Source of the DNA: Klebsiella pneumoniae
GTDB taxonomy: Bacteria > Pseudomonadota > Gammaproteobacteria > Eutrophobiales > Eutrophobiaceae
DNA length: 64,000 nt
NCBI GenBank assembly: GCA_945870865.1
Contig: CAMBTO010000001.1
Location: 79,487 to 143,486, forward strand
Direction of reading: 5' to 3'
Shown: positions 40,591 through 51,404 of the stretch, one piece after another
How positions within the stretch are numbered: the first letter of the stretch is position 1
Layout: every line of letters starts with the position of its first letter
The notes under the pieces: model-generated
Told to the model about the DNA's origin: nothing
Database searches by the model: none
Seen by the model: only the letters and a program-made list of their open reading frames with translations
Made by a program: the position numbers and the translations under genes

Positions 40591-42720
40591 TCAACTTTTT
40601 TCACCCGGTAATGGCGTCTCGGCGGCAGCCTTTACTGAACGCGTCAACCTGAGATAGTTATTGTAAAGTGTGCTTATCTCGCGCACATAAGCAACAGTCT
40701 GCCCACATTGACAATCGCGCACAGTTTCCCCCTTGTTCTTGTAGGGTCTGGACATCTTCAACATGGCGAGCTCGACATTATTAAACCAGCGGTTTTTGTC
40801 CAGATTCATCTTTTCTGCCAGTCTTCTTGCCCGCTGCACGCGGTTATAGCCTGTATTATACGCGGCTAGTGCAAACCACAACCGATCTGACAGCGGCAAC
40901 TTCTCTTCAAACTGGCTGCGTAGGCGGTCCAGATACAGTACGCCTGCATGGATACTGTTGTCCGGGTTGTTCAGGTCACCCACACCAATAGTTTTCGCCG
41001 TTGCCGGCAGCACCTGCATCAGGCCAGACGCTCCGGAGGACGAAACCGCACGTGGATTAAACTGGCTCTCCTGGTACATCAAGGCTACGATCAAACGCCA
41101 GTCAAAACTGAAATGGTCCGCATACTTGTGCACGATATCATCATAGGGAGAGAGCTGATCTATACTGGCAAACAGACTGGAATCGGTATTTCTCAAATCG
41201 GGTTTTTCGATATATCTTGAATAGATAACGTTATAAAAACCCTTGCGGTATTCGGTTTCGATAAATTTATTCAACTCGGTCAGCAATTGTGAATCGGCCT
41301 GACGCACCAGCCATACCAGTGGATCGGACTCACCCAGCGAGAGTAACGTCTTCAGGTTCCTCTGACGCGAAAATTCCGCATTGACCTCATGACTACCTAT
41401 GACGGTCAGGTCATAGATTCCACGGGCAATACCAAATAACAAGGCCTCTGAGGTAACACCGGAATTTGCTACCTGTATTGTAACGTTGATGCCCTGATCC
41501 CGGATCCGTTCCAGCATGGGCAAATAGGGGCTGGATGCTGACAGGTGGATAACGCGGCCTGCCAGATCATGCACATCAGTCAGGCTCACATCCTCGCGCC
41601 CGACTATGACGGCAGAGGCATGATTATAGGGTATCGTTGCTGCAGTATGGGCCATGGTCGGCGTCAGAATGGCAGGCACAGAGGCCGCAATTACATCACC
41701 ATTACCCTCATTCAGATACTGATGCATTTCTGCCGTGGTGTCAGCAATGACCACATCAAGGCGCATGCCGTGGCGATCGGCAAACTTTTTGATCAGATCA
41801 TACTCGAATCCACGTAACCGCCCTCGGTCAAGGTAATAATTGACCGGTCCCCGAGAGGTCACCAGACGCAACATCTTGCGTGTCTTCAGGTCAGTGAAGT
41901 CCTCCCGATAACTTTTTGCCGTCTCCAGCTCAAGGTGCTTTTTATTCAGGAACCGGTTAAGCGATGACTGCAACTGAACAGCATCTCCCCGCACGGCCCA
42001 GTTCAAAAACATGTCCTCGGACAGGTCCATCAACACAGCCAGGTTATAGCTGAAATCCAGATCAGAGGGTATTTGCAGACTATCCACCACGGCCAGGTCA
42101 TAGCGACCGATCCTGACTCGATCAAATACTGTATAGACATCCTCATTGTCAGCGATGCTGACCAGCTGCATACCCGGGTGTTTATGGTCCAGCGAGGACA
42201 ATAATGGCCAGACCGGTGAGGTCGGACGAACGGCGATTTGCCTTTCTGTCAGGTCTGAGAGCGACTTCAGCGGCTGACTGCCCGACCTGCCTATGACCTG
42301 GCGCCGTGAAACTGCCCAGGGTAGTGTATAGAGGATCTCCCCTTCGGCGCCGCCAACTACCGGGGCACGCAAGGCAGCGACCATATCAGCCTCACCGTCC
42401 TCCAGCTTTTCACTCAGGCTGTTAATGTCTGCAACCGGGATCCAGCGTTGGGTCAGACCCTCGCCCAGGGCAAACTGATCCAGCAGGGCTGTTTCTTGTG
42501 CGCTGATTTCCGGCGCTCCCGGCCAGACCGGGATCAGGATGCGCAGTTGAGGCAGCGCGTCTGTTCCAGGTTTTACAGGAACCTGATTTGGGACTGATGC
42601 TAGCTTGGTTGTCTCCAGTACAGCATCCCGCCTTTTGGTCGGAAAACTGGAGAACGCGAAAACCAGCAGGACAACGGGGACTACTAAACGAAACAAAATG
42701 GGTATGGCTCGATTATACAA
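40591..42720 (-). CDS. MltF-like lytic transglycosylase with tandem substrate-binding domains
   Basis: Two SBP family-3-like segments, then SLT domain YQESQFNPRAVSSSGASGLMQV...AAYNTG. Confidence 0.8.
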   Translation of the reverse strand: MYNRAIPILFRLVVPVVLLVFAFSSFPTKRRDAVLETTKLASVPNQVPVKPGTDALPQLRILIPVWPGAPEISAQETALLDQFALGEGLTQRWIPVADINSLSEKLEDGEADMVAALRAPVVGGAEGEILYTLPWAVSRRQVIGRSGSQPLKSLSDLTERQIAVRPTSPVWPLLSSLDHKHPGMQLVSIADNEDVYTVFDRVRIGRYDLAVVDSLQIPSDLDFSYNLAVLMDLSEDMFLNWAVRGDAVQLQSSLNRFLNKKHLELETAKSYREDFTDLKTRKMLRLVTSRGPVNYYLDRGRLRGFEYDLIKKFADRHGMRLDVVIADTTAEMHQYLNEGNGDVIAASVPAILTPTMAHTAATIPYNHASAVIVGREDVSLTDVHDLAGRVIHLSASSPYLPMLERIRDQGINVTIQVANSGVTSEALLFGIARGIYDLTVIGSHEVNAEFSRQRNLKTLLSLGESDPLVWLVRQADSQLLTELNKFIETEYRKGFYNVIYSRYIEKPDLRNTDSSLFASIDQLSPYDDIVHKYADHFSFDWRLIVALMYQESQFNPRAVSSSGASGLMQVLPATAKTIGVGDLNNPDNSIHAGVLYLDRLRSQFEEKLPLSDRLWFALAAYNTGYNRVQRARRLAEKMNLDKNRWFNNVELAMLKMSRPYKNKGETVRDCQCGQTVAYVREISTLYNNYLRLTRSVKAAAETPLPGEKS

Positions 42721-42933
42721 GCGACTCCCCCCTTATTGATGTGCCAGCACTATACGATGATTTGAGGACTAATTCCTATATATAGCTACCATCTTCAAGT
42801 GGTATACAAAATATTGTATTCCCTTTTGTGTCCTGTTTATCACTGAATTGCAACAGCAAATAATCCGAACCTGACCTGACTGATGAATTAAATCTGTCTT
42901 TATTCAATGACTTATAAAAACTGTGAACACACA

Positions 42934-43602
42934 CTAACTTCTTGTGGCAAGCAGGCTGTCAAGCTGTATAAGCCGCTCCGGTGTCCCGATGTCGAACCAT
43001 CTACCCTTGAAATATTGACCGCTGACTTGCTGGTTCAACATCGCCTGTTTTAATAACGGAACCAGTGAAAAGAGCTGGGGATCGGTCCCGGAAAAAATCT
43101 GAGGGTCATAAACCCCTATGCCACTATAGGTCTGTAAGGTCTGCCCGGTTGTCGATAACAGGCCGTCCGTCAAGGCAAAATCACCGCCAGAGTTATGCGG
43201 TGGGTTATCCACCATAATCAGATGGGCCAGTCCTCCCGGGTAGGCAGGCAGGCTGCGGTAATCAAACTCGGTCCAAATATCACCGTTGACCAGAATAAAC
43301 GGCGCGTCCCCCAGCAGTGGCAAGGCCTTGCGGATACCCCCACCGGTTCCCAATGGCTCATCGCCTTCGTGGGAATAGTGGATATGGACCCCGAAACTGT
43401 CACCCTCGCGAAACCAGGCCTGTATCATCTCACCCAGCCTGCCGGTGTTTATTACAATCTTATCTACCGAGGCAGCCACAAGCGACTCTATATGATACTG
43501 CAATAAGGGTTTACCGCCGACCTGCAACAGGGGTTTGGGCGTATGCAAACTCAACGGCATCATCCGCGCTCCCTTGCCTGCAGCCAGTATCATCGCTTGC
43601 AT
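42934..43602 (-). CDS. murU: N-acetylmuramate alpha-1-phosphate uridylyltransferase-like nucleotidyltransferase
   Basis: AMILAAGKGARMMPL, PKPLL, GTGGGI, VNGDIW, VDNPPHNSGGDF, WFDIGTPERL. Confidence 0.82.
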   Translation of the reverse strand: MQAMILAAGKGARMMPLSLHTPKPLLQVGGKPLLQYHIESLVAASVDKIVINTGRLGEMIQAWFREGDSFGVHIHYSHEGDEPLGTGGGIRKALPLLGDAPFILVNGDIWTEFDYRSLPAYPGGLAHLIMVDNPPHNSGGDFALTDGLLSTTGQTLQTYSGIGVYDPQIFSGTDPQLFSLVPLLKQAMLNQQVSGQYFKGRWFDIGTPERLIQLDSLLATRS

Positions 43603-43790
43603 GGGGTGTTATTCCTGTGAGCCAATGGCAACATTGACTGAATTATTCTGTTTAAGGTATACATTTCAGATTGGGTGACCTTCCAGTATTGATTTATGGC
43701 ATCATTACAGTAATAACATCAACCGAACCGTCGAATCAGACGACCCGTCAGGCAGCATAATTATGAAAGACAGCACAGGCAACAATAGAT

Positions 43791-44765
43791 ATGGGTGACA
43801 GGGAAAAACTGCGACAACTTGGCCGGGCTGTTATCGAGACCGAGGCAAACGCTGTTGCCGACCTGCTCGGGCGCATAGATGATAACTTTGTGGATGCGTG
43901 CAAATTGATACTGGCAAGCAAGGGCAGGACCGTTGTCATAGGCATGGGTAAATCGGGCCACATTGCGAGCAAGATTGCCGCCACACTGGCCAGCACCGGC
44001 ACGCCGGCGTTTTTTGTACATCCAGGTGAGGCCAGCCACGGCGATCTCGGCATGATTACCCCGGACGATGTTGTCATCATGCTATCCAATTCCGGTGAAA
44101 CTGACGAAATAATAACCCTGTTGCCGGTAATTAAACGATTGGGAATCCCGTTGATTGCCCTGACCGGCAATCCGGAGTCCACGCTGGCCAAAATTGCCAC
44201 CACACATATCGACGTCAGCGTGACCAGAGAGGCCTGTCCGCTCGGGCTGGCACCGACCGCCAGCACCACTGCCGCTCTGGTGATGGGTGATGCAATTGCG
44301 GTGGCATTGCTGGAGGCCAAGGGTTTCAGCAAGGAAGATTTTGCCCTGTCACATCCGGGAGGCATCCTTGGAAGAAAACTGCTGCTTCGCGTCAATGATA
44401 TAATGCATACCGGCAGCCGTATACCGAAGGTCTCACAACATACGCTTCTGCGTGATGCACTGATGGAAATGACACGCAAGGGATTCGGCACCACCGCTAT
44501 CATTGATGACAACGATAGAGTGGCTGGCATATTCACCGACGGCGATGTCAGGCGGATGCTTGATATCGGCATTGACTTGCATGCCAACAACATCGGCAAT
44601 TTCATGACTGCCGGATGCAAAACTATTCAGGCAACTGCACTGGCCGCAGAGGCCGTTAAAATGATGGAAGATTACAAAATCAATGTATTACTGGTCGTGG
44701 ATCATGATAACAAGCTCGCCGGCATCCTCAATATGCATGATCTACTGAGGGCGCGTGTTGTTTGA
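43791..44765 (+). CDS. kdsD: Arabinose-5-phosphate isomerase (KpsF/GutQ), SIS plus CBS domains
   Basis: GMGKSGH, EASHGDLG, EACPLGLAPTAST, HPGG. Confidence 0.95.
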   Translation: MGDREKLRQLGRAVIETEANAVADLLGRIDDNFVDACKLILASKGRTVVIGMGKSGHIASKIAATLASTGTPAFFVHPGEASHGDLGMITPDDVVIMLSNSGETDEIITLLPVIKRLGIPLIALTGNPESTLAKIATTHIDVSVTREACPLGLAPTASTTAALVMGDAIAVALLEAKGFSKEDFALSHPGGILGRKLLLRVNDIMHTGSRIPKVSQHTLLRDALMEMTRKGFGTTAIIDDNDRVAGIFTDGDVRRMLDIGIDLHANNIGNFMTAGCKTIQATALAAEAVKMMEDYKINVLLVVDHDNKLAGILNMHDLLRARVV

Positions 44766-45291
44766 TCTGCCCACAGTTCTGAAAAAAGCCGCTTTGATAC
44801 GGCTCGCCGTATTTGATGTTGATGGCGTATTGACCAGTGGTGACATTATCTATACCAGCAATAATCTGGAACAGAAAGTGTTCCATGTCCATGACGGGCT
44901 GGGACTGAAAATGCTGATGCGCAGTGGCTGTGAGGTTGCCATTATCACTTCGCGTAACTCTGCGATAGTGTCAACAAGAATGGCTGAACTGGGTATTGTC
45001 CACGTGCTGCAAGGCCAGGAGGATAAGCGCACAGCCATGATGTCGCTGATGCAAGCGCTGGGAGTCGACCCGGCCGGGGCGGCCTATACCGGGGATGATC
45101 TGATTGATCTCCCGGCCATGAAACTGTGCGGCCTGTCCTTCGCCGTTGCCAATGCACATCCTCTGGTAAAGTCGAACACGGACTGGACGACAGAAAAGCC
45201 GGGGGGTTCGGGCGCAGTCCGGGAAATATGCGAACTGTTACTCAAGGCACAGGGCAAACTGGACGCCATCTATGCTGAATACCTGCGCTAG
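44755..45291 (+). CDS. kdsC: KDO-8-phosphate phosphatase
   Basis: FDVDGVLT, DGLG, GDDLIDLP, GAVREICE. Confidence 0.94.
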   Translation: MLFDLPTVLKKAALIRLAVFDVDGVLTSGDIIYTSNNLEQKVFHVHDGLGLKMLMRSGCEVAIITSRNSAIVSTRMAELGIVHVLQGQEDKRTAMMSLMQALGVDPAGAAYTGDDLIDLPAMKLCGLSFAVANAHPLVKSNTDWTTEKPGGSGAVREICELLLKAQGKLDAIYAEYLR

Positions 45292-45315
45292 AACAAAACC
45301 CTTCCGGAGATAATC

Positions 45316-45885
45316 TTGTCACGACGCCTGATCCTGTTCCTGATTCTTGCCGTCGCCGCGGTTGGCAGCGGCTGGCTGATGAAAAGGATTAGCGGGACTG
45401 AACCTGTCCCCTCCGTAAGTGACCGGATTGATCCGGATTATTATATGGAAGATTTTACAACAATCTCCATGGATGAAAATGGCCTGCCAGCAAGCAAACT
45501 ATACGCGGTATATATGGAACATAACCCGGCGGATGACACGCTGGAGTTGTATGAGCCGAACCTGGAAGTCTACCGGGGAGAATCAGACCCGCTGAGGATT
45601 ACAGCCGACACGGGCTGGGTGACAAATAATAACGAGGTGATCCTGTTACGCGGCAAGGTACGTATGTGGATCGAAGATGCGGCCGGCCAGGTAACATTGA
45701 ATGTAGATACGACCGAAGTACGGGTATTGTTGCTTGAAGAATATGCAGAGACGGACCAGAATGCGACTATTGTTGCCAAACGAACCACAGTTAAAGGACG
45801 GGGAATCCGGGCACATTTCGATGATAACCGACTGGAAATACTGGATCATGAACAGACTACAATTGCGCCGCCTAATCGGATTTAA
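45316..45885 (+). CDS. lptC: LPS export protein LptC
   Basis: N-terminal TM, PDYYMEDF, AETDQ; located between kdsC and lptA. Confidence 0.85.
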   Translation: MSRRLILFLILAVAAVGSGWLMKRISGTEPVPSVSDRIDPDYYMEDFTTISMDENGLPASKLYAVYMEHNPADDTLELYEPNLEVYRGESDPLRITADTGWVTNNNEVILLRGKVRMWIEDAAGQVTLNVDTTEVRVLLLEEYAETDQNATIVAKRTTVKGRGIRAHFDDNRLEILDHEQTTIAPPNRI

Positions 45886-46402
45886 CCTTGGCCTGCTAAT
45901 GTGCGTCAGTTCAGCCATGCTGTACGCCTTGTCGGCCGACAAAAATAAGGACATCGAAATTGAATCGAACTCTGCCTATCTCGATGATACAAAAAACGTC
46001 AGCGTCTATACAGGTAACGTAGTTGTCATCCAGGGCAGCATGCGGATCACCGGCGACAAGATGACAATTCTCTATAATGAAAACAATGAGTTGGACAAGA
46101 TTATTATGGAGGGTCAGCCCGCAACATTCAGGCAGATGCCAGATAACAGCATGGTCTACGATGAGGCCGAGGCACTGGTAATGGAATATTATGAAAGTAG
46201 GAGCCTGATCGTTCTGACGGACAAGGCCCGAGTTAAACAGGGTGACCGTCGACTGATAGCCGACCATGTGGAATACGATACCAACCTGAGCCAGGTCCGT
46301 GCCAACAGTAATGAAGCCACTACCAAAACCGATCCGGCGACGGACGCCCGGGTCAAACTGATTATCCCGGCAAGAAAAACAGGCACGGCCACCGGCAACT
46401 GA
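45848..46402 (+). CDS. lptA: LPS export protein LptA
   Basis: ALSADKNKDIEIES, YTGNVVVIQG, GQPATF, RVKLII. Confidence 0.88.
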   Translation: MNRLQLRRLIGFNLGLLMCVSSAMLYALSADKNKDIEIESNSAYLDDTKNVSVYTGNVVVIQGSMRITGDKMTILYNENNELDKIIMEGQPATFRQMPDNSMVYDEAEALVMEYYESRSLIVLTDKARVKQGDRRLIADHVEYDTNLSQVRANSNEATTKTDPATDARVKLIIPARKTGTATGN

Positions 46403-46446
46403 ACTTCCCTTTTATCGCTCACTGAAATACGACTGCTACTAAGATT

Positions 46447-47172
46447 ATGGGAATACTGTCCGCCAGAAACCTGTCCAAGAAATATCGTCGGCGCGAGGTA
46501 GTTCGTGATGTCAGCCTGACTGTAAACGAAGGCGAGATCGTCGGCCTGCTTGGTCCAAACGGTGCGGGGAAAACCACCAGTTTCCACATGCTGGTCGGAC
46601 TGATACCCTGTGACACCGGCAATATATTGCTCAACGAGCAGGATATAAGTCATTTGCCGATGGATAAACGTGCCCGGCTGGGCGTTGGTTACCTGCCCCA
46701 GGAATCTTCGATCTTCCGTAAACTGTCGGTGGAAGACAATATCATGGCCATTCTTGAAACACGTCCGGATATCAGCACGGAAGACGCCAAGGCCCAGCTT
46801 GAAGAGTTATTGCAGGAGTTTCACATCGTGCACCTGCGGGGTAGCCTCGGCATGAGTTTGTCCGGCGGGGAGCGCAGGCGCGTTGAAATCGCGCGTGCAC
46901 TTGCAGTTAACCCCAAATTCCTGCTGCTGGACGAGCCGTTTGCCGGAATCGACCCGATATCAATCGCCGATATCCAGCGTATCGTCAAATATCTGAGTGA
47001 GCGTGGCCTGGGCATCCTGATTACCGACCATAATGTCCGCGAAACACTGGGATCATGTGATCGGGCCTATATTGTCAATGATGGACGCATAATCGCGGAA
47101 GGGACGCCCGAACAGATTCTCGCCAATGAACACGTCAGGAATATTTACCTCGGCAACCAGTTCAGAATGTAG
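46447..47172 (+). CDS. lptB: LPS export ABC ATPase
   Basis: [43 protein letters not shown]. Confidence 0.96.
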   Translation: MGILSARNLSKKYRRREVVRDVSLTVNEGEIVGLLGPNGAGKTTSFHMLVGLIPCDTGNILLNEQDISHLPMDKRARLGVGYLPQESSIFRKLSVEDNIMAILETRPDISTEDAKAQLEELLQEFHIVHLRGSLGMSLSGGERRRVEIARALAVNPKFLLLDEPFAGIDPISIADIQRIVKYLSERGLGILITDHNVRETLGSCDRAYIVNDGRIIAEGTPEQILANEHVRNIYLGNQFRM

Positions 47173-47226
47173 ATATTTTTACAGTAAATGACAAATATTG
47201 CGCGGTTTTTGCATTAAACTAATCTT

Positions 47227-48696
47227 ATGAAGCCGTCACTTCAGTTAAAAATCAGCCAGAGTCTAACCATGACCCCGCAGTTGCAGCAGGCGATACGTCT
47301 GTTACAACTGTCAACACTTGAGCTGCAAACCGAGATCCAGGACGCGCTGGATTCAAATATGATGCTGGAACTGGATGACGGTGGCGATGAGGCGCCGGAC
47401 TTTCCGGCAGAAATGCCAACAGAAACGCGCGAGGATATGCCTGAGCTGGAGCTCAAAAATGATATCAACAGCCTCGAACTGTCAGCGGATCTGACCGGTG
47501 ACCTGCCGGTAGATACAGCCTGGGACGATGTATTTGATGAAAATATTTCCTACAGCAGTAGTACGTCGACAGGCAATACGGATTACTTCGAAAACCAGAA
47601 ACCACGCGAAACTACACTCAGCAAACATTTGCTCTGGCAACTGAACCTGATTCCTGTCAGTGAAGCTGACAAGGCAATAGCAATGATCATCATCGATGAG
47701 CTTGATCAGGATGGTTATCTGCAAATAACCGTAGAGGACATCGTACCGCTCCTGGACGAGGAAATCGGAGCCGGTCCTGAGGAGGTTGCGGCGGTACTGC
47801 GGCTGGTACAAATGATGGAACCTGCGGGCATAGGCGCGCGCGATTTGCGGGAATGTCTGTTACTACAACTCGCGCAATGTGACCAGAACACGCCCTGGCT
47901 AGCCAAGGCATGTGAGGTGGGAAACCATCATATGCACCTGCTCGCAGCACACGATTATAACCAGCTGATGAAAAAACTAGGCCTGGATCGTAACCAGTTG
48001 TCTGAAACTATTGCACTTATCCAGTCGTTAAACCCCCGCCCGGCCAGACAAATACAGGATGACGCGATCGAATACATTGTTCCGGATATCTACGTTAAAA
48101 AACAAAACGGTCACTGGCTGGTCGAACTTAACGGTGATGCTACTCCTCGACTCAGAATCAATGCCGGATATGCAAACATGATAAAGCGTGCGGACGGCAG
48201 CGCTGACAACACCTCGCTCCGGGAACACCTACAGAAGGCGCGCTGGTTGATTAAAAGTCTGCAAAGTCGTTGCGAAACGCTGCTGAAGGTCTCGACCTGT
48301 ATTGTGGAAAGACAACAACCCTTTCTGGAGCACGGTGAACAGGCCATGCGGCCACTGGTGTTGCATGACATCGCCGAACAGCTTGGTATGCATGAGTCCA
48401 CTATTTCTAGGGTGACTACGAGAAAATATATGCACACTCCTCGTGGCATTTTCGAGCTGAAGTATTTTTTTTCCAGTCATGTCAGTACCGACGATGGTGG
48501 TGCGGCATCGTCGACCGCCATACGCGCCTTTATCAAAAAACTGGTAGCAGAAGAAGATACACAGAAACCACTGAGCGACAGCAGGATAGCCAAGGTACTT
48601 GGCGAACAAGGTATACAGGTTGCACGTCGGACCGTGGCCAAATATCGCGAGGCCATGGCAATACCACCATCCAATGAAAGAAAGCAGTTGATTTAA
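47227..48696 (+). CDS. rpoN: RNA polymerase sigma-54
   Basis: MTPQLQQAIRLLQL, HESTISR, RpoN box ARRTVAKYRE. Confidence 0.97.
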   Translation: MKPSLQLKISQSLTMTPQLQQAIRLLQLSTLELQTEIQDALDSNMMLELDDGGDEAPDFPAEMPTETREDMPELELKNDINSLELSADLTGDLPVDTAWDDVFDENISYSSSTSTGNTDYFENQKPRETTLSKHLLWQLNLIPVSEADKAIAMIIIDELDQDGYLQITVEDIVPLLDEEIGAGPEEVAAVLRLVQMMEPAGIGARDLRECLLLQLAQCDQNTPWLAKACEVGNHHMHLLAAHDYNQLMKKLGLDRNQLSETIALIQSLNPRPARQIQDDAIEYIVPDIYVKKQNGHWLVELNGDATPRLRINAGYANMIKRADGSADNTSLREHLQKARWLIKSLQSRCETLLKVSTCIVERQQPFLEHGEQAMRPLVLHDIAEQLGMHESTISRVTTRKYMHTPRGIFELKYFFSSHVSTDDGGAASSTAIRAFIKKLVAEEDTQKPLSDSRIAKVLGEQGIQVARRTVAKYREAMAIPPSNERKQLI

Positions 48697-48720
48697 CCCA
48701 ACTTTAAAACGGAGACTAAA

Positions 48721-49047
48721 ATGCAGACAAATATTACCGGTCGCCATCTGGACATCACGCCCGCGCTACGATCCTATGTGCATGAGAAGTTTGAGCGTCT
48801 GCAACGTCATTTTGATCATATCACCAACAGCCATGTCATACTGTCCATTGAAAAGGAACGGCAGAAAGCCGAGGCGAGCGTTCATGTCAATCGCGGCAAC
48901 CTGTTTGCCGAAGTCGAACACGAAGACATGTATGCTGCCATTGATATGCTGATAGACAAACTGGACCGGCAGCTGAAAAAGCACAAGGAAAAACTGACTG
49001 ACCATCACAAGGGCAATGGTGGTAATAAGGGTCAGGAACCACTCTAA
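48721..49047 (+). CDS. hpf: Ribosome hibernation promoting factor
   Basis: ITGRHLDITPALR, DMYAAID...KLDRQL. Confidence 0.94.
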   Translation: MQTNITGRHLDITPALRSYVHEKFERLQRHFDHITNSHVILSIEKERQKAEASVHVNRGNLFAEVEHEDMYAAIDMLIDKLDRQLKKHKEKLTDHHKGNGGNKGQEPL

Positions 49048-49082
49048 ACGAATCCATCATTCCCTTTTAACAAGGCATATTC

Positions 49083-49529
49083 ATGGAAATTTCTGAAATA
49101 CTGGCACCAGACCGGGTGGTCTGTAATATAAGTATCAACAGCAAGAAGGCGGCGCTGGAGACACTAGCAGGCATGATCGCCGCCGCTGACCCGGAGGTAA
49201 GTCAATCCGAAATATATGAAAGCCTTATTGCGCGAGAACGCCTCGGCAGCGCAGGTCTGGGGCAAGGCATTGCACTTCCCCATGGACGGAGAAAAGGCGG
49301 AACACACACACTGGCGGCATTCATGCGACTGCAAACACCCAAACAGTATGACGCCATTGATCACAAACCGGTCGACCTGCTTTTTGCGTTACTGGTCCCG
49401 GAAGCCTCTACCGAAGAGCACCTTAATATCCTGTCCAGGCTGGCAACGATGTTTAGCGAACCGGCTATCGTAAACAGTATACGCACCGGTGAAACCACCG
49501 AGGCCGTGTACATGATACTCACCCGATAG
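49083..49529 (+). CDS. ptsN: PTS EIIA(Ntr)
   Basis: SKKAAL, RERLGS...GIALPHGR, PVDLLFALLVP. Confidence 0.9.
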   Translation: MEISEILAPDRVVCNISINSKKAALETLAGMIAAADPEVSQSEIYESLIARERLGSAGLGQGIALPHGRRKGGTHTLAAFMRLQTPKQYDAIDHKPVDLLFALLVPEASTEEHLNILSRLATMFSEPAIVNSIRTGETTEAVYMILTR

Positions 49530-49534
49530 TATGT

Positions 49535-50539
49535 ATGACTGATCGCACGCATTCGATTGATATCAATTCGTTGTTTGAGCGCTACGGTGAAAAGTTAAAC
49601 CTGAGCTGGATAGGTGGTAAACGGGGGGAGAAGCGCTTTATCGTACCGGAGGAACCGCATGGACAGGGCGGGTTATACAGGCATCAGCAAACCAGACGAA
49701 ATGATACAACCGGTCTGCGATCGCTGGTTGGCTGTCTCAACCTGATCCACCCTCACCAAGTGCAGATCCTGGGCGCATTGGAACTCGACTATCTGGATTC
49801 ACTCCATGACCTCAGTCTGGATGAGTCGCTTAACCAGTTATTCCAGCACCACCCCGCCTGCATCATGCTGGCCGAAGATCAAAAACCTTCCGCGCGATTG
49901 TCCATGCGCTGTAACGAACTTCATGTGCCGCTGTTCAGTTCACCCCTGCCGAGCTATCGGCTGGCGTCCAGGCTACGCTATTACCTGGCGGATATGCTTG
50001 CCGAAACGATCATTCTGAATGGTGTATACATGGAAGTGATGGATGCCGGCGTCCTGATAACAGGTCCAAGCGGGGTAGGTAAAAGTGAGTTGGCACTGGA
50101 ACTGATCGCCCGTGGGCACCGGCTGATAGCCGATGATGCCACCAAGTTTTCACGCATCGGACCGGAACAGATATCCGGGACCTGTCCTGAAATTCTGCAA
50201 GATTTTCTTGAAGTTCGCGGGCTTGGCATCATCAATGTGAGGAACACGTACGGGGACAGTAGTATAAAGGACGAAAAGCTGCTGCGGCTGATTGTACGAC
50301 TGGAAGCGATGGAACGTTCGAGGCTGCTGCAACTGGATCGCCTGGACGGTGGCTCAACTATCCAGAACATTCTGGAAGTCGAGATTCCGGAAATTACCCT
50401 GCCGGTCGCACCCGGACGTAACCTCGCCGTATTACTTGAGTGCGCAGTGCGTAACCAGATACTCAAAATTCGCGGCTATAATGCCCCGGCAGAATTTATC
50501 AACAAACAACAGCAACTGATAGACCAGAATGATGACTGA
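49535..50539 (+). CDS. hprK: HPr kinase/phosphorylase
   Basis: GPSGVGKSELALEL, LIADD, LEVRGLGII, PVAPGRNLA. Confidence 0.93.
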   Translation: MTDRTHSIDINSLFERYGEKLNLSWIGGKRGEKRFIVPEEPHGQGGLYRHQQTRRNDTTGLRSLVGCLNLIHPHQVQILGALELDYLDSLHDLSLDESLNQLFQHHPACIMLAEDQKPSARLSMRCNELHVPLFSSPLPSYRLASRLRYYLADMLAETIILNGVYMEVMDAGVLITGPSGVGKSELALELIARGHRLIADDATKFSRIGPEQISGTCPEILQDFLEVRGLGIINVRNTYGDSSIKDEKLLRLIVRLEAMERSRLLQLDRLDGGSTIQNILEVEIPEITLPVAPGRNLAVLLECAVRNQILKIRGYNAPAEFINKQQQLIDQNDD

Positions 50540-51392
50540 TACCGAAAAACACAGGGTGGTTTTTGTCAGCGGACTCTCCGGGGCGGGAAAATCCGTCGTG
50601 TTACACACCCTGGAAGATCTGGATTTTTACTGTGTCGATAATTTCCCCATCAGTTTGCTGGACAAGCTGTCCGAACAAATCGACCAGTACCCCCGATCGA
50701 TCGCCATCGGTATCAACGTACGCTGTCAGGAACATCGGATTCAGGAACTGCCCCACACTATCAACCGGCTCAAGCTGAAGAGAATAGATGCCGAGCTTAT
50801 CTATCTGGAGGCGGATGACGAGGTCCTGACCAAACGGTTTTGCGAAACCCGGAGAAAACATCCGTTTTCAACAACGTTACAATCATTAGCGGATGCGATA
50901 GAAACCGAAAAGGAACTGCTTAGACCGCTGGCTATTATTGCCGACCTGAAAATTGACTCCAGTCATACTTCTGTCCACGATTTGCGTAAAATCATCAACG
51001 AGCGGGTAATGGGCAGGGGAGCCACCTCACTGTCGATCCAGTTGATGTCCTTTGGTTTCAAACACGGTACTCCGCGCGATGCTGATTTCATGTTTGATGT
51101 GCGCTGTCTGCCAAATCCCTACTGGACCAAAGATCTTCGGGCCTTTTCCGGCAAAGATGAACCGGTCAGGGAATACCTGCAACGCCAGCCGCTGGTAATG
51201 AAAATGTCTGAGCAACTGAACCAGTTTGTGTCAGAATGGATACCAAGTTTCGAGACGGAAAATCGCAGTTACCTGACAATTGCCATCGGCTGTACCGGTG
51301 GGCGTCACCGTTCTGTATTCCTGATTAACCAGATGGCAGAAAAAATCCAGGCCGAAGGCAGACAGGTGCTGGTCAGGCACCGGGACATGTAG
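50529..51392 (+). CDS. rapZ: RNase adapter RapZ (YvcJ family)
   Basis: SGLSGAGKS, ETRRKHP, SFGFKHG, GCTGGRHRSV. Confidence 0.95.
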   Translation: MMTDTEKHRVVFVSGLSGAGKSVVLHTLEDLDFYCVDNFPISLLDKLSEQIDQYPRSIAIGINVRCQEHRIQELPHTINRLKLKRIDAELIYLEADDEVLTKRFCETRRKHPFSTTLQSLADAIETEKELLRPLAIIADLKIDSSHTSVHDLRKIINERVMGRGATSLSIQLMSFGFKHGTPRDADFMFDVRCLPNPYWTKDLRAFSGKDEPVREYLQRQPLVMKMSEQLNQFVSEWIPSFETENRSYLTIAIGCTGGRHRSVFLINQMAEKIQAEGRQVLVRHRDM

Positions 51393-51404
51393 CAGGAGAA
51401 TAGC

